DNA of 64,000 nucleotides from Octopus sinensis (taxonomy: Eukaryota), in the NCBI RefSeq assembly GCF_006345805.1, contig NC_043003.1:112716001-112780000 (forward strand), given 5' to 3'. Below, one piece after another: positions 12,657 through 26,626 of the stretch. A program made the position numbers and the translations under genes. A model generated the notes under the pieces. That model was not told the origin of the DNA. It did not search any database and saw only the letters and a list, made by a program, of their open reading frames with translations. How positions within the stretch are numbered: position 1 is the stretch's first letter; each line of letters starts with the position of its first letter.

Positions 12657-13798
12657 TATATATATATATATATATATGACTATTCCCTTCCGTCAGCTTC
12701 CTTTTCTCCTGTCGCTCTTTCTTCCGACTTCAGTACTGACATCCCTTGTTCTTATTGCTGTAATTTACCTTACAATTGTAAGTCTTCTTGTCCCTCCCCC
12801 GTTTGTCAAGAGCTAATGTCCAATTTTAAAAACAATTAACTTATGATAGATTTTTGTGTTACACTTTTTTTCATTATGAGCCAGGATATATACACTTTTG
12901 TTTTCTTCTTTGTATGATTTCGGTCTGAAAAACTAATGTAATTTCTTGTTCTTTTTTATTATCATTTTCCTTCAACCACTAAGACCTAACTGTATTGTTT
13001 TGTTGTTCTATGAGTTATATCTCTTCCTGTCGCTTCCAATTATTCCTTATCTAAATCTTTTCATGTCTCGTTGTTTTGTCTTAACCGTTGTCTCATTCAC
13101 AGTACTTAATATTTACTTCATCTCCTTAAGTCTTCTTGTCTCGTTTTCACCAGTTCAGACCTCCAGCATTTTATCCAGGGCTAATGGTGCAGGCTATGCA
13201 TAAGCAACACTGTCCGAAACACCGAAATTACAATCTCCTTTATTAAGACAGCTGATGAAAGGACGTTTGTTTTATCTGTTGTCTAACAGCACAGTTTGTA
13301 GGATGAAAGAGGAGAAAACTGTGGAACGATCGGTCTATATACATTGGAAAATTTCTTCTGGCTGTTTATGTTACGAGTTAAGTTCACACTGAAGTCAGTT
13401 TTATGTTTAATCTCACCAGAATCATTAAAAATAGTACTATTCAAGAACTAGGACTGATTTAATCTACTAAACCTCTTCTACAAAATATCTCCGGTCTTCT
13501 GCTTACGATATACACAATTATTAATACCGCATCTATCCATTACTAATACGCTTTGCAAATTCCAAAGTGAATATCTGATCGCTGATAATTTTTGCCAACA
13601 AAAAACACATCCATTTAGACGATGAGTGTTCACAGCACATGTGATTCATAAGGAGACTTTGAGAGACTGCGTTGTTTCACCTCGTCGTGTGCTAATTCAG
13701 TGAAAGCTACTCCAGCGGACCGGTGAATCTGGTTAGAACATGACTTCCTACATAAATACCTCAATTACTATAAACAGGATCTCATGCTCTTACATATA

Positions 13799-14200
13799 GG
13801 CGTAGGAGTGGCTGTGTGGTAAGTAGCTTGCTTACCAAAACACATGGTTCCGGGTTCAGTCCCACTGCGTGGCACCTTGGGCAAGTGTCTTCTGCTATAG
13901 TCTTCGGCCGACCAAACCCTTGTGAGTGGATTCGGTAGACGTAAACTGAAAGAAGCCCGTCGCATATATGTATATATATGTAAGTATGTATGTGTCTGTG
14001 TGTCTGTGTTTGTCCCCCCAACATCGCTTGACAACCGATGCTGGTGTGTTTACGTCCCCGTAACTAATCGGTTCGCCAAAAGAAACCGATAGAATAAGTA
14101 CTAGGCTTATGAAGAATAAGTACTGGGGTCGATTCGTTCGACTAAAAGGCGGTGCTCCAGCATGGCCACAGTAAAATGGCTGAAACAAGTAAAAGAGTAA
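13799..14200 (+). mobile_element. tRNA-derived SINE, family B, full length
   Basis: A-box TGGCTGTGTGGTAAG, B-box GGTTCAGTCCC, internal (TA/TG) microsatellite, tail TGAAACAAGTAAAAGAG. Multiple copies in the window. Confidence 0.9.
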
Positions 14201-15251
14201 CGAGTAAGAGTATATGCATCTTATTTGATAACGTAGCTTATTTGATAATGTATGGAGTCCATATTCTATGTTATAAAACACTGTATATTGTTTATGACTC
14301 TATGTTTCCGAATAGTGAGTTCACTGTTGCAATCACTACTAGTACAATCTACTAGTGTTCCATATTGTTCCAGCATTGCGAGTTTCTAATTCTGATTACC
14401 AATACGTTACCCAACTCGTAGTGAGGCTGTTCTCTAACCGTAATGATGTTTTGAAGAACCCTCTTGGAGTTATACAAACTATCGTTATATTTTATTATCA
14501 TCAGAATGTATTGAACTGTATTCCACTTATTAGAAATAAAAATTATTTCGTTTCAAATGAATTCTTATAGTTTTAGTAAATGATAGGATGAATAATGTCG
14601 CGCAGGAACTATATTTCATAAAAGCTCTAATGACCACTGTTTCAATGCATTTCGGGAACGTTATTCTTCAGGAAAGGCAGATTTGGGGGAGGGCTAAATG
14701 ACAATAACAATAAATACTGATTCAACTTTAGCAATGTTTGTTTTATTTCTATCAGTATTGTAAAATAACAAAAATTATTTCCTTTTCCGAGAATTACTTA
14801 ACGAAACGGGATATGTAATAATCTACAATTTTGCACTTATTTGCAATAAATCCTCTTATAATACAAATTCCCCACACCAGGTAGAGTTTTGTATTTCGTT
14901 CTGGAATATTTAAGCTATAGAAATTTTCATTAGCTTAACGATTAATCCCTTTTTCGCATGGCCATAAATCTAAGGAGCGAATACTTACATCAATTACATT
15001 CATATCTTTCAATTCATCCTCCCAGTTTCTAGTTTTAGAGTATTAAACAGTGTTTCTAGATATAACGATCAATGCAATAAACATCTAAGCATGATGTATA
15101 TCCTGGCATGATAATCTATTTGCTAAATACATCATTCTATGATATTTGTTTCCATTCTTCTGTTCACACAAGTGTATATGTGTGTGTATGCGTATATGCA
15201 TGTACGCGTGCTTGTCTATATGTACGTTTACATTCATACATACATACATAA

Positions 15252-15293
<42 letters not shown>

Positions 15294-15454
15294 TATATAT
15301 ATTATATATATACATGCATACATATAAATATATATATGCATACATACATACACACGCATATATACGCCTACATACGCATGTATATATGTATGTATATATA
15401 TATACTGCTTCCCATACATATATATATATAGATATATTCTGATATCCTTTTATT

Positions 15455-15680
15455 CTTTTACTTCATTCAGTCATCTGAATTCAACCATGCTGGAGCAACA
15501 CCTTGAAGTGCTTTTGTCGAACAATTCGACTCCAGAACATATCTTCAAGCTTAGAACTTATTGTATCGGTCTCTTTGCCGAACAGTTGGGTTCCGGAGAC
15601 GTAAACACACCAACACCGGTTGTCAAGTGATGATAGGGCGACAAACACGGACACAAAGACACACACAGATACATACATAT
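15455..15680 (-). mobile_element. SINE family B, 3' half
   Basis: CCATGCTGGAGC...GTAAACACACCAACACCGGTTGTCAAG matches the family B tail. Confidence 0.75.
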
Positions 15681-15774
15681 ATATCATAAGGGTACACGAA
15701 GCGCTTACCAGCTAGAAAGTGAAGTTAAAACCCTCAACTTAACCACAAACGGCACTGAAAAATACAACAGATAC

Positions 15775-16052
15775 AACGTGCCCCCTTAACGTAGTTCTTG
15801 GGGATATTCAGCGTGACACAGAGAGTGACAAGGCCGGCCCTTTGAAATACAGGTACAACAGAAACAGGAAGTAAGAGTGAGAGAAAGTTGCGGTGAAAGA
15901 GTACAGCAAGGATCACCACCATCCCTGCCGGAGCCTCGTGGAGCTTTAGGTGTTTTCGCTCAATAAACACTCACAACGCCCGGTCTGTGAATCGAAACCG
16001 CGATCCTACGACCGCGAGTCCGCTGCCCTAACCACTGGGCCTTTGCGCTTCC
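15775..16052 (-). mobile_element. tRNA-derived SINE, family C
   Basis: Minus strand begins GGAAGCGCAAAGGCCCAGTGGTTAGGGCAGCGGACTCGCGGTCGTAGGATCGCGGTTTCGATTC (tRNA-like A and B boxes). Body shared with 58835-59055. Confidence 0.85.
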
Positions 16053-16326
16053 ATTTCCCTACTAAACCGTGTAGCACAGAAAGATGTAACATAAAAAAAT
16101 ATTATTTTCACTTCTTTCTAATAGAACATGCAGTTGTTTTGTATGCCTCGCCCTTTGTAGTGCTTATCAATTGTCTATTAATGTTGCTGTCACACAATCG
16201 GAATACACGCACGCACACACACATGAACATACATACACATACAGAGAGAGAGAAAGAAAGAGAGATAAATAAATACATACGTACATAAACATGCATATAT
16301 ATATTATATGTATATATTATATATAT

Positions 16327-16359
<33 letters not shown>

Positions 16360-16666
16360 GCTATACCTATTTATAGATATATAGGTATATATATCTATAT
16401 GAATTTATGTATGTATTCCTGTTTGCATGTGCGTCTTCAATCCCATTTCTGATTTTGCTTTGTTGTTTTATTTTGTTTTCTTTCTTGCTACTTTTCTGAC
16501 GAAGACAATTAATAGCCGAAAAAAAATTACATTTTTATAAGAAAATTATGAATAAATTCCTTTATACCCGCGAACAAAATATCATTGTATCTTTTAGTAG
16601 AATTGTTGATTCTCTATTCTAATGATTAGGTATATCTAACACACACACACAAACGTATATATGTAT

Positions 16667-17025
16667 GTCTCTCTCTATATATACGGCAAAATGTCTGTAT
16701 GTCTGTGTGTGTGTATCCTTTATAGAAATCCGAAATGTTTCAGTTACAGGGCTCGCACTTTCTATGGTCATTCAAAACCGTCCAAGAGTGGTCGTGCAGA
16801 TCTTTACATTTCCACAGTCACCCCGCAAAGCCATTAAAAAATCAATGGAAGTGATTTTTTTGTGAATTTTCTATCCAAACCCAATCAAAATGCCCGAAAC
16901 TTGATACGCCAATTAAATGCCAGCTAGCTGTATGTGATTGGTCGGAGATTTGGACAGTACTCGCGTGTATGTGCGCACGCACGCAGCTGTATATGCAAGC
17001 ACTAGCACTATGACCCGGGATTGCC
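16667..17025 (+). mobile_element. Helitron-like non-autonomous element, 3'-truncated
   Basis: 5' TCTATATATACGGCAAAATGTCTG resembles the 5' end of 19268-19791. It ends in ACTAGCACTATGACCCGG, one arm of the family's terminal hairpin. Confidence 0.5.
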
Positions 17026-17106
17026 ATCATGGCCACAGTCACTGTGGCCCTGCTCCATCATGGCCACAGTCAAAATGACTGAAAAAAGTAAAGGAGTAAA
17101 TCTGTA

Positions 17107-17141
<35 letters not shown>

Positions 17142-17388
17142 CGGACATACACACACAAACACACACACACTCGCGCCCGTTGAAATATAATACGCGGTTA
17201 TATTTGCTCATTGAAAGAAGACTAAAAGAAAGCTATAACAATTGCATACGTGTCAGTATGCGTAGGATTTTTGTGTGTGCGTGCTTGTGTGTGTGATGTT
17301 TAATTTATGTATTATCATATATTACGATAGTATATTAATTTCGAAGATAAAAAGAACTGTTTACACACACACACACACACACACACAC

Positions 17389-17421
<33 letters not shown>

Positions 17422-17508
17422 GCGTGCGTAGCGTGCCAAAGTATGGTGAGAGATGTGTCGCTTCTATTTTAATGTCTGCCAGCGATATTTGCCACGCTTT
17501 TTAATATT

Positions 17509-17570
<62 letters not shown>

Positions 17571-17584
17571 GAATGTATATATAT

Positions 17585-17624
<40 letters not shown>

Positions 17625-18184
17625 TATATACGAAATAAAATTTTTATTAAAGAAAAAGTACATATGTATATATATATATATATTCAGAAATCTGCTCTAT
17701 CAATGAACTAGTAAATTTGGTTAGAAAGACCGGATCAAAGAAAGAATTATTTATATGTTTGTAAATGTGTATTCGCTTCTACGTATATATGTTTCTGGGT
17801 TAATAATATGAGTGTATGAAGAAGTAGAGACAAACAGGAAGTAAGAGTGATGTAGAAAAAGTGATGGCATTAAACTGGGATAATAATGTTTTCTGAAGAG
17901 TTAATTTTTATTCACATGTGTATACGTTTTGTTACGCATTTATGTATTTATGTGCTTGTGTGAGTATGTTTGTGTATATGTATGTGTATGTGGATGTGCG
18001 TGTGTTTGTGTTGACCAAATCTGTGCCGTGATGACGCAGTGTTTCGTGTGTTTCGTGTATGAGTCTCATATATTACTTAGTTGGTATGATTTTATTATGG
18101 TGAATATATGAAAAACGAAAATCGAGCTTCTAAAAGGGAAATGCAATTTATTCTAGAGAGAAGCATTCAGACGTACAGTGATGA

Positions 18185-18274
18185 GTATGTATGTATGTAT
18201 GTATGTATGTATGTATGTATGTATGTATATAAGTATGTAATGTATGTATGTATGTATGTATGTATGTATGTATG

Positions 18275-18305
<31 letters not shown>

Positions 18306-18622
18306 TGTATGTATGTATGTATGTATATGTATATATATATGTATGTATGTATGTATATATGTATGTATGTATGTAATGTATGTATGTATATATGTATGTA
18401 TGTATGTATATATGTATGTATGTATGTAATGTATGTATGTATGTATGTATGTAATGTATGTATGTATGTATGTATGTATGTATGTTTGTATGTATGTATG
18501 TATGTATGTATGTACGTACGTACGTATGTATGTATGTATGTATGTAATGTATGTATGTATGTATGTATGTATGTAAGTATTATGTATAGATAGACAGACA
18601 GACAGATAAACAGACAGGCAGC

Positions 18623-18697
<75 letters not shown>

Positions 18698-18746
18698 ACG
18701 GATGGATGGATATATATAGGTACATACATATATATATGTATATATA

Positions 18747-18790
<44 letters not shown>
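18185..18790. repeat. Compound microsatellite (TATG)n/(GATA)n/(TA)n, representative of dozens in the window
   Basis: Seen directly. Similar blocks at 22700-22950, 39345-40020, 44720-44823, 51800-52270, 52810-53090 and 57600-57706. Confidence 0.98.
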
Positions 18791-18796
<6 letters not shown>

Positions 18797-18879
18797 CTAT
18801 ATTCAAATATGAATTAATAACATCCGGGAAGTATAAACAATATCGAACACTCATACTCAATTTATTATTTTGCTAGTTC

Positions 18880-19267
18880 GTGGATAGGCTGCGCTTATAG
18901 ACTCCGACATTCCGGATGTTCAAGCAAGTCGCATAAAGACTGATGTAAGTCTTTCGTTAAATCCAAATGGAAGAAAAGTAGCTGATGAAGAGAATAGAGG
19001 AATCAAACTTATGAATAGTAAAAAGTACCTGCTAATTGGAACATTCAATGTAAGAATACTTAGGGAGAAAGAGAAACGTCTGGAGATGGACCTGAACGTT
19101 GCTCACTAATAACAACAAGTGCATGGATAAGTACTAATGGTGCTGCAGCAGGAGGGGTAGGATTAGTAATCAACAGAGAAAGCATCGGCCGAAGTAATAT
19201 CAGTAAATGACAGAATAGTAACAGCCACATTTAATGGAAACCCATCCACTACAGTAGTTAATAACTA
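18880..19267 (+). mobile_element. LINE AP-endonuclease remnant (RTE-like)
   Basis: Translates to LLIGTFNVRILREK, GGVGLVINRE and VNDRIVTATFNGNPSTTVVNNY. Cut by the Helitron-like insertion. Confidence 0.75.
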
Positions 19268-19791
19268 CTAGCAGCATAGTCCGGCATTGCCCGGGTATGC
19301 AAGAGCCCCTGGAACAGACTTGAATCTCGCTGTGAATTTAAAAAAAATTCCTGCCAATTTGTGAAAGATATTGTCGAAAATATGTCATCTTGAATTTGAA
19401 CGCGATTTCCCAAAATGGCATGATTTTATCGCCTTTTTCTGATGGTAAGGTATTGCATGGAAAAATAACGTCAGAATTAAGTTTCTTAGGGTAACATTAA
19501 GCTTCACCATGAGTTTGGTGAAAATCGATTGCAAGTTGCGAAAACTACAACAGAAAATGTGTTGCAAATAAAAAGCTTAGATTCTCGACCCCATGTCGAA
19601 TTTATCGATTTTTTCAGAACTCGGGGAACTTCTTAAAATTTTCGCTACGTCAGTTTTGAATTATGACATTGGGCTATGTGTGTGTCAAGTTTCATCAGAA
19701 TCGGTTGAACGCCGAGGTCAGGGTGAGGGTACAAACTGACAGACACACAGACACACAGACAGACAAACTGCCGTTTATATATAGAGAGAGA
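19268..19791 (-). mobile_element. Non-autonomous Helitron-like element
   Basis: 5' TCTCTCTCTATATATAAACGGC, 3' hairpin CCCGGGCAATGCCGG followed by CTAG|T. Confidence 0.75.
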
Positions 19792-20502
19792 TGCACTCAC
19801 AGAGGTCGGCAATGCCTTTCATTTTTTCTGAGTTGATAAAATAGTACCAGTTCAACACTGGGGTCGATGTATTCTACTTAACCTTCCCCCTAAGTTACTT
19901 GCCTTGTGCCAAAGTTTGGAACCAACATGTAGATCTTTATCCAACATACACTGACATCCAAATATTCACTTCCATATCCATATTCACCAATATACTGATA
20001 TACATAATAACATACATATACAGACATACTCTGACACAAAGCTGTACACAGTGATACAAATACAGGCGTATAGAGAAACTGTGATATATAGATATACACT
20101 CACTGACAAACACTGATATATACCTACACACAGAGAAACAGACATATAGATATTTGATCATATGAATATATAAGTGTCCATTTAAAGGCATAACGCAGAG
20201 ACAAATTGGCATCGATTTATGGATATACTTTAACATATAAGGATACGCTTACATACAGATACTGACCGACATACAAATATAACACAACATATACAAGATG
20301 AATGATAATTACATTTGAAATATGTTTATATTCTCCACTAAGTAGTGTATCTATGTTCGAAATACTTTTTAGATTGATTTTTACTTCCTATACTATATAT
20401 GTCTATATTTGTAGTGTGCTATCATACATACATGTTGCGATATAATTTTATGGTTCAATGATTCAGAACTGCGATTCTGCGACAGAATCAAAAGGGTCGA
20501 AA

Positions 20503-20543
20503 GGAAATACTTGAGTTTTATGTGTGATATCTCATCAGTTCTC
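20503..20543 (-). ncRNA. Degenerate hammerhead ribozyme motif
   Basis: GAGAA-CTGATGA-GATATCACACAT-AAAA-CTCAAG-TA-TTTCC. G12A change and imperfect stems. Confidence 0.4.
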
Positions 20544-20804
20544 ACCAGTTCTGACTTCAATAGTTTATAATTTGCTGCCGATATGCAAACATGAAAAGAA
20601 GTCTGAGAAATATTTCCAAATGTCATGAGCACAAAACGAAATCAACAAGAGAAATGATAATTTGCAACACTGGGAAAAGAGAAAGCATTTGGTGTGCAGA
20701 GTGAGGTGGTAAGTTATGAAATTTTACTTCAGTTCTTTAATGTTCTCAAAGCACATGACCTAGCGGTTAGTGATGCATTCACAATCTTAGGGCTTATGAG
20801 TGAA

Positions 20805-20995
20805 GGCGCCTGGCCTAGTAGTTAGGGTGTTGCAGTTACAATTGTAAGATTGTGGTTTCAACTTCCGGATCGAGCAGTGCCTTGCATTCTTGAGTAAAAC
20901 ACTTCGTATTACTTTGCTCCAGTCGACTCAGCTGTAAATGAGTTTCAGCAACCCCTGGGAAGTTGACCCTGCAACGGACCGCTGTGGCCCGTTCA
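20805..20995 (+). mobile_element. Degenerate tRNA-derived SINE (family C-like head)
   Basis: GGCGCCTGGCCTAGTAGTTAGGGTG...GGTTTCAACTTCC then TTGCTCCAGTCGACTCAGCTGTAAATGAGT. Confidence 0.6.
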
Positions 20996-22449
20996 GGTTG
21001 GCAAATTGTTTATACTCAATGGACACAGGGTTAAGTTCTATCTTTATGAGTTCTAAGATTCACGACAGAACTATGTCTAAGTCTTTAGATTATTGTATAG
21101 AGCCCAAAGAGCGTCGATCTGGCAGAATTGCTAATGCGCAGAACGAAATACAAGGCGATAATTTCTCTCAGCTGTTTACGTTCTGGTTTCAAACCCCATC
21201 GTAGACAACTTTTCCTTTCATCACTTCCAGGGTTGCTAAATAAACTATAAGTCAAGCAATAGATCCAACGGTATTGACTAACCCACTTCCTGTAAAATTA
21301 TTGGCTTTGTGCCAAATTCGAACGTATTTCATAGATTGCAGACTAACGAAAGGCAACATATGAACACCGAACGTAACTATCGTAAAGATATATGACAAAA
21401 TATTTTGTCCGACATAGCGATTCTGCCAATTCTGGCTCCAAGGAACAATAATGAATACAACCGTTATTTTATATTGATAAAAAACTATATATCTTCAGGT
21501 ATATTGAACTCTGAATTCTGGTATAAAACTGGTGCATATTTATTGGTATTTTTCAGGAAGCTTTGAGAGATATCAGTTGTTTAAAGATAAATATTACAAA
21601 TTAGAGGGTTTGCGGATAAAACTAAAAAGTTTAAGCCATTTCTTTCACTTTCTACTCCATGTTTAGTGTCACTCCATCGAACATTTATATCTTTGTCCAT
21701 TTATTTTTTTTAATTCTACCTTTTTCTTTTTGATAAAAATTTCTGAGAACATAGAATATGTAAAGCAGCATGACAATTCTAGTACATTACCGGTAAGTAT
21801 TCAATCGATTCCTACAGACAAAATCTTAAAGGCAAAAATATTAAAGGATGGGTTTGAAACTTAGTAGGAAAAATAAATCAACGAAACTTGGACAGAAAAA
21901 CTATTTAATCCGACGACGACGTTCTATTTTCTTTCACTCAGGCGCTGCAATTAATCATGATACAATAAACAAGAAAAAACGCTTAAATAATAAATATATA
22001 AATAAATGATTGATTGTCTTCGTTGTTTTACAGCGATATTGGAAGAAAGCGTAAGTCTATTCAGTTCAAACAAGTCTGCCTATAATTGATGTCTCTAACA
22101 GAATAATTTGTAGATATTGAAATATTTAAAGATATTTGTCATTCTAATGAACTTTAATTGGTTTTAGATCAAATAAACAATCATTTGTTTCAAATAACGC
22201 AATCATTCGTTTCATTAGCACAGTTAATGAGATTCGACTGTAATTAGATTTTTGTTTATTTTATATACATACATACATACACACACACACATATATATAC
22301 ATATAGATACGTATATATGTGTACTTATATATACGTACGCATATATACGTATATACATATATAAATGTATGTATTATATATTACAAAACACTACATCTTT
22401 TCATTATATATTTAAACGTTTATATGTTTTAGTATTGTTTCCCATCTTC

Positions 22450-22516
<67 letters not shown>

Positions 22517-22794
22517 GTTATGATTGAAGTAACTTGGAAACTGTTGCAGACAGAAAGAACGAACATGATGTTGGAATATGTAAAACAAAAGACAGAATTT
22601 TTTGCGGTTGACCTCATTATGACGTGGTGTTTGACATTTTGATAAAACATAATAAGAGATTAAATTGAATTAAATGCTGTGAAATTTTATAAATATATAT
22701 ATGTGTATGCATGTATGTATGCATGTATGTATGTATGTATGTATGCATGTATGTATGTATGTATGTATGTATGTATGTATGTATGTATGTATGC

Positions 22795-22827
<33 letters not shown>

Positions 22828-23470
22828 TGTATGTATGTATGTATGTATGCATGCATGTATGTATGTATGTATGTATGTATGTATGTATGTACACATGTAT
22901 GAATGTATGTATGTATTTTATGTACACATGTATGAATGTATGTATGTATGTATAATTCCACACTGCTACACTATACCAATAGTTGTTAGCGCTGTTGTTT
23001 TTCTGTCGTTGTTTACTCAGCCCTGAGAAGACATAATCGAAGGAGTTTTACTTATTTATACGTGTGTGTATGTTTGTGCGCGCGTGTGTGTGTGTACGTG
23101 CTAATCAAAAGGGTCGAAAGGAAATACTTGAGTTTTATGTGTGATATCTCATCACACATGTGTGAGAAAGAGAGAGACTGTATGTGTGTTTGTGTGTGTG
23201 CACAATGGCTGGCATGATGCTAGTTTATGAGTCGGTATAGGTAGTTAACAAGTAGTGCTCAGAAAGAACGAAATCTGAAACAGGCGTAAGGAAAGTGTTT
23301 ATATGTAAACATGCAGACACAATTTACATGATGTAATCAAGTCTATCTTACATCGTGTAAATCATATACGCAAACATCTGTTTTGTTTGTTTGTCTTTCT
23401 ATTGGGGAGGTGTGTGTGCGCGAGCGTAAACACATACACACAAATACACACACACACACACATATATATA

Positions 23471-23531
<61 letters not shown>

Positions 23532-23767
23532 TACTACTATCATGGCACTCCCAAATTATTATTATTATTATTCCCCTTCTCCTCCTCCTTCCTTTTCTTC
23601 TTCTTCCTCTTCCATACCAATAATCCACAAGGACCTCGAACCCACAAGAGTAAACAAGAGAGACAGAGACAGACAGAAACAAGGAAAATGCCACTTGTAT
23701 TTGAACACTATACAAATATACTTTTAAAAAACATTTCTTTTAATTTTTCTAAATTTAATTAATTGTT

Positions 23768-23805
23768 ACAGTTGAAAAAGTTTCAATGACTGAAACCGGT
23801 ACTGA
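23768..23805 (+). ncRNA. Minimal hammerhead motif with U3-A8 core
   Basis: CAG-TTGAAAA-AGT TTCAATG ACT-GAAA-CCGG-TA-CTG. Confidence 0.5.
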
Positions 23806-23886
23806 AATGTTTTTTTATAAAATTATTTTAGCATTTTCTATCTTGACTTTTTTTCCAATATATATATATATATATATACATATGTA

Positions 23887-25302
23887 CGAGAGTAAGTCAA
23901 ACATTATACTCCCTCTTGTTCTGTAATTTATGAAAATAGAAGCAGGGATTGAACAATTAAGTGACTTTTTCGAATTAGTCTTCGTGCTTTTCTATGCGCT
24001 TCTTCCAGTGGTTAACAATCTGACTTATTCCATCGACGAAGGTTTTCGGCTGGTTCCGCACCCATTTATGCACATTTTCCTACACTTCGACGTACGTAGC
24101 AAATCAATGACCTCTTAAAGTATGTTTGCGCGGTCCAAAGTGATGGAATTCGCAAGGGTCGAAAGTGTATACAAGTGTTTCGGCGACTCGAAACCAAATG
24201 TTTTAATGGTTTCAATGGTATGGCCAGCCGTATGTGGGCGTCCATCGTTGAGTAAACAATAACATTTGCTTAGAAAATAAACCTCGGTGTTTGGTGCAAA
24301 TTTCTAGTTTCTCGGTCAGCATTTCACTGTAGCCTACACTGGTTACTGCGGATCCCGTTTCCCGGGTAATGTTCCTGTATAGGCCCTTTTGCGTCCTAAA
24401 AAACGGATAGCAGCACTTTTTCTATAGAAGGTTGAATCTTGAATTTCTTTTTCGCTTTCGATTGCAGGTTTCCCCACTCCATAGTCTGCCTTTTAGATTC
24501 TGATTCCAAGTGATGGACCCAGGTCTAATCTCCTTTGACTATTCTTTCAAACAAAAAAAAAGAAAGAAATTACCGAGATGTACTTGCATAGTGAGATGCA
24601 GCTCGAAGTTTTGTCAGTAAACAGGTCGCGGTCTCAAAGCGACGAAAATAAATTGACAAATTAAATTTATATTTTGAAGTGAATCTAACGGTTTTGTGTG
24701 TTTCTTAAATGGCTTATAAACGCCTTCCACGCTGCAAAAAAACAAAACTTCGCCTGCATTGTTGTAGCGGTCGAGTAAGCGTTAGCAGATGTCCACAGGC
24801 TTTAAGGCAGCGAAGCATGTGGGTGTTTTCACACACATAATGACGAAAATTTACAGAGGACATGCCACCATATCGATGATCACCCGTCGGGACACTGGAA
24901 CCATCTCTCAAGTTGAATCTTCGCGTCAGCAGAGGTTGATGCGCGTCCTGCTCCTTCTTCGTGTTTCACGCTTGACCGGAATTTTTAAGCTTCTTGATCC
25001 CCCTCATGCACATTTTTACGGGGTAGAATACAGTCTCCGTATTGTATTGAAAGCCTGCGGTGAATGTAGGCCTCTGACATACTAACAGACCAGACTGATC
25101 TCCATTTTTCTTTGGTGCACGTTGTCATCGAAGTGGCCATGTTTATTTTGTAAAACAAGAAAAAATAACTGAAGCGATCAAGCTCAAACCTCAGTTGCGG
25201 AACAACAAGGGTACCGCTTTTTAGCATGCGAGCGTTGGAGGAATTGCAACCGGCCCAAAGAAAGTTTTGACAAAAGAGGAGATAATTTTTGAATTCCACT
25301 TC
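23887..25302 (-). mobile_element. Old mariner transposon, decayed transposase, with nested insertion
   Basis: Imperfect TIRs (CGAGAGTAAGTCAAACATTAT / ATAATTTTTGAATTCCACTTC) with TA flanks. Minus strand gives MATSMTTCTKE, IHRRLSIQYGDCILPRKNVHE and IVKGD*TWVHH. Confidence 0.85.
24590..24740. repeat. Interspersed repeat nested in the mariner (second copy at 50520-50696)
   Basis: GATGCAGC.CGAAG...TCTCAAAGCGACGAAAA...GAAGTGAATCTAACGGTTTTG...CTTAAATGGC is shared by both loci. Confidence 0.8.
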
Positions 25303-25346
<44 letters not shown>

Positions 25347-25361
25347 TGTGTGTGCGTATGC

Positions 25362-25396
<35 letters not shown>

Positions 25397-26100
25397 CAAA
25401 CATACAGAGGTTCTACGGGAAAGTATGGAAACTTGAGTCTAGCTTTCTTTTTAACTAACGTAGGTCTTTCAAATTAGACATGATGTTAGGGCAGGAATAA
25501 ACGTACCGCTACGGATTATATTATCTAATATGTTCTTTGGTATTGCACCAGAAAACGATTTCAGTGAATTTCGCTGCTAGCTTCAAAAATATAGAGATAA
25601 TGAAGAGACTCCGCCCTTTCGTCTTGTGTTTGACATTAAATGATTGCTCTGCAAGCTATACTTTGCCAGCAATAATTGATTTCGGCACAAGAAAACCTTC
25701 GGTCAACGCTGCACGTATGAAATAATGTAACTTTCTCGTAAAAGAAATTATGCAGTTTTTTTGTTGTAATTGTTTATCTATCTATATTTAGATTTTACTT
25801 TTATTTGATAATTTTGTGTACACTGTAGTTGCTATTAAATCCCCAGATTAGTTTTAGTTGGGCAATTATACGATACTAGTCTGCAACGATTTTGTTGCTT
25901 TTTTGGGGTGGAAAGAAGCGGTTAAGAATGCATATACACACTGGAAATTAAAGGCTTTTAATGCAAAATTTGAATAAAAGCAGAAATCCAGTGCAAATAC
26001 AGCTACGTTGATAATATCCTATGCAACAGGAACGAACGCCATGCATGAGGGTGACCATCCAATTGTAAGGAATGTCTCTTCTAAAATTGTGGGAAAGGGG

Positions 26101-26326
26101 ATCAGCTGGCAGAATCGTTAGCACGCCGGGCGAAGTGCGTAGCCGTATTTCGTCTGTCGTTACGTTCTGAGTTCAAATTCCGCCGAGGTAGACTTTGCCT
26201 TTCATCCTTTCGGGGTCGATAAATAAAGTACCAGTTTCCCACTGGGGTCGATGTAATCGACTTAATCCCTTTGTCTGTCCTTGTTTGTCCCCTCAATGTT
26301 TAGCCCCTTGTGGGTAATAAAGAAAT
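26101..26326 (+). mobile_element. SINE family A
   Basis: Near-identical to 4942-5175. Confidence 0.9.
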
Positions 26327-26566
26327 ACATTTATGGTAAACTAATGCAGGACTTACACCTATTGAATCGTAGCACTAGATTTCCACTTGTATTAAATATC
26401 ATTGGAGCTCTAAGTTATGTAATAATAAATCTCTTCGAAAACGTGAGAATTGTGGAGTTCTTCAAGAGAGAAAAAAAACATCAGACTCGTGTCCTCCAGG
26501 TCTAATCCATAAGTAGTTCAGTGAATATTTATAAAACGTTACAAATATTCCTTTTTCACTCATACG

Positions 26567-26626
<60 letters not shown>

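Noticed and set aside
13210-13266. GTCC-GAAA...CTGATGA-AAGGAC as a type II hammerhead
   Set aside because: Stems I and III and the NUH site cannot be formed.
15985-16052. Possible tRNA gene
   Set aside because: It continues into a repeated SINE body, so it is a SINE head.
16490-16530. CTGACGA-AGAC..GCC-GAAA hammerhead-like box
   Set aside because: Stem III and the cleavage triplet are missing. At best a dead remnant, so not counted.
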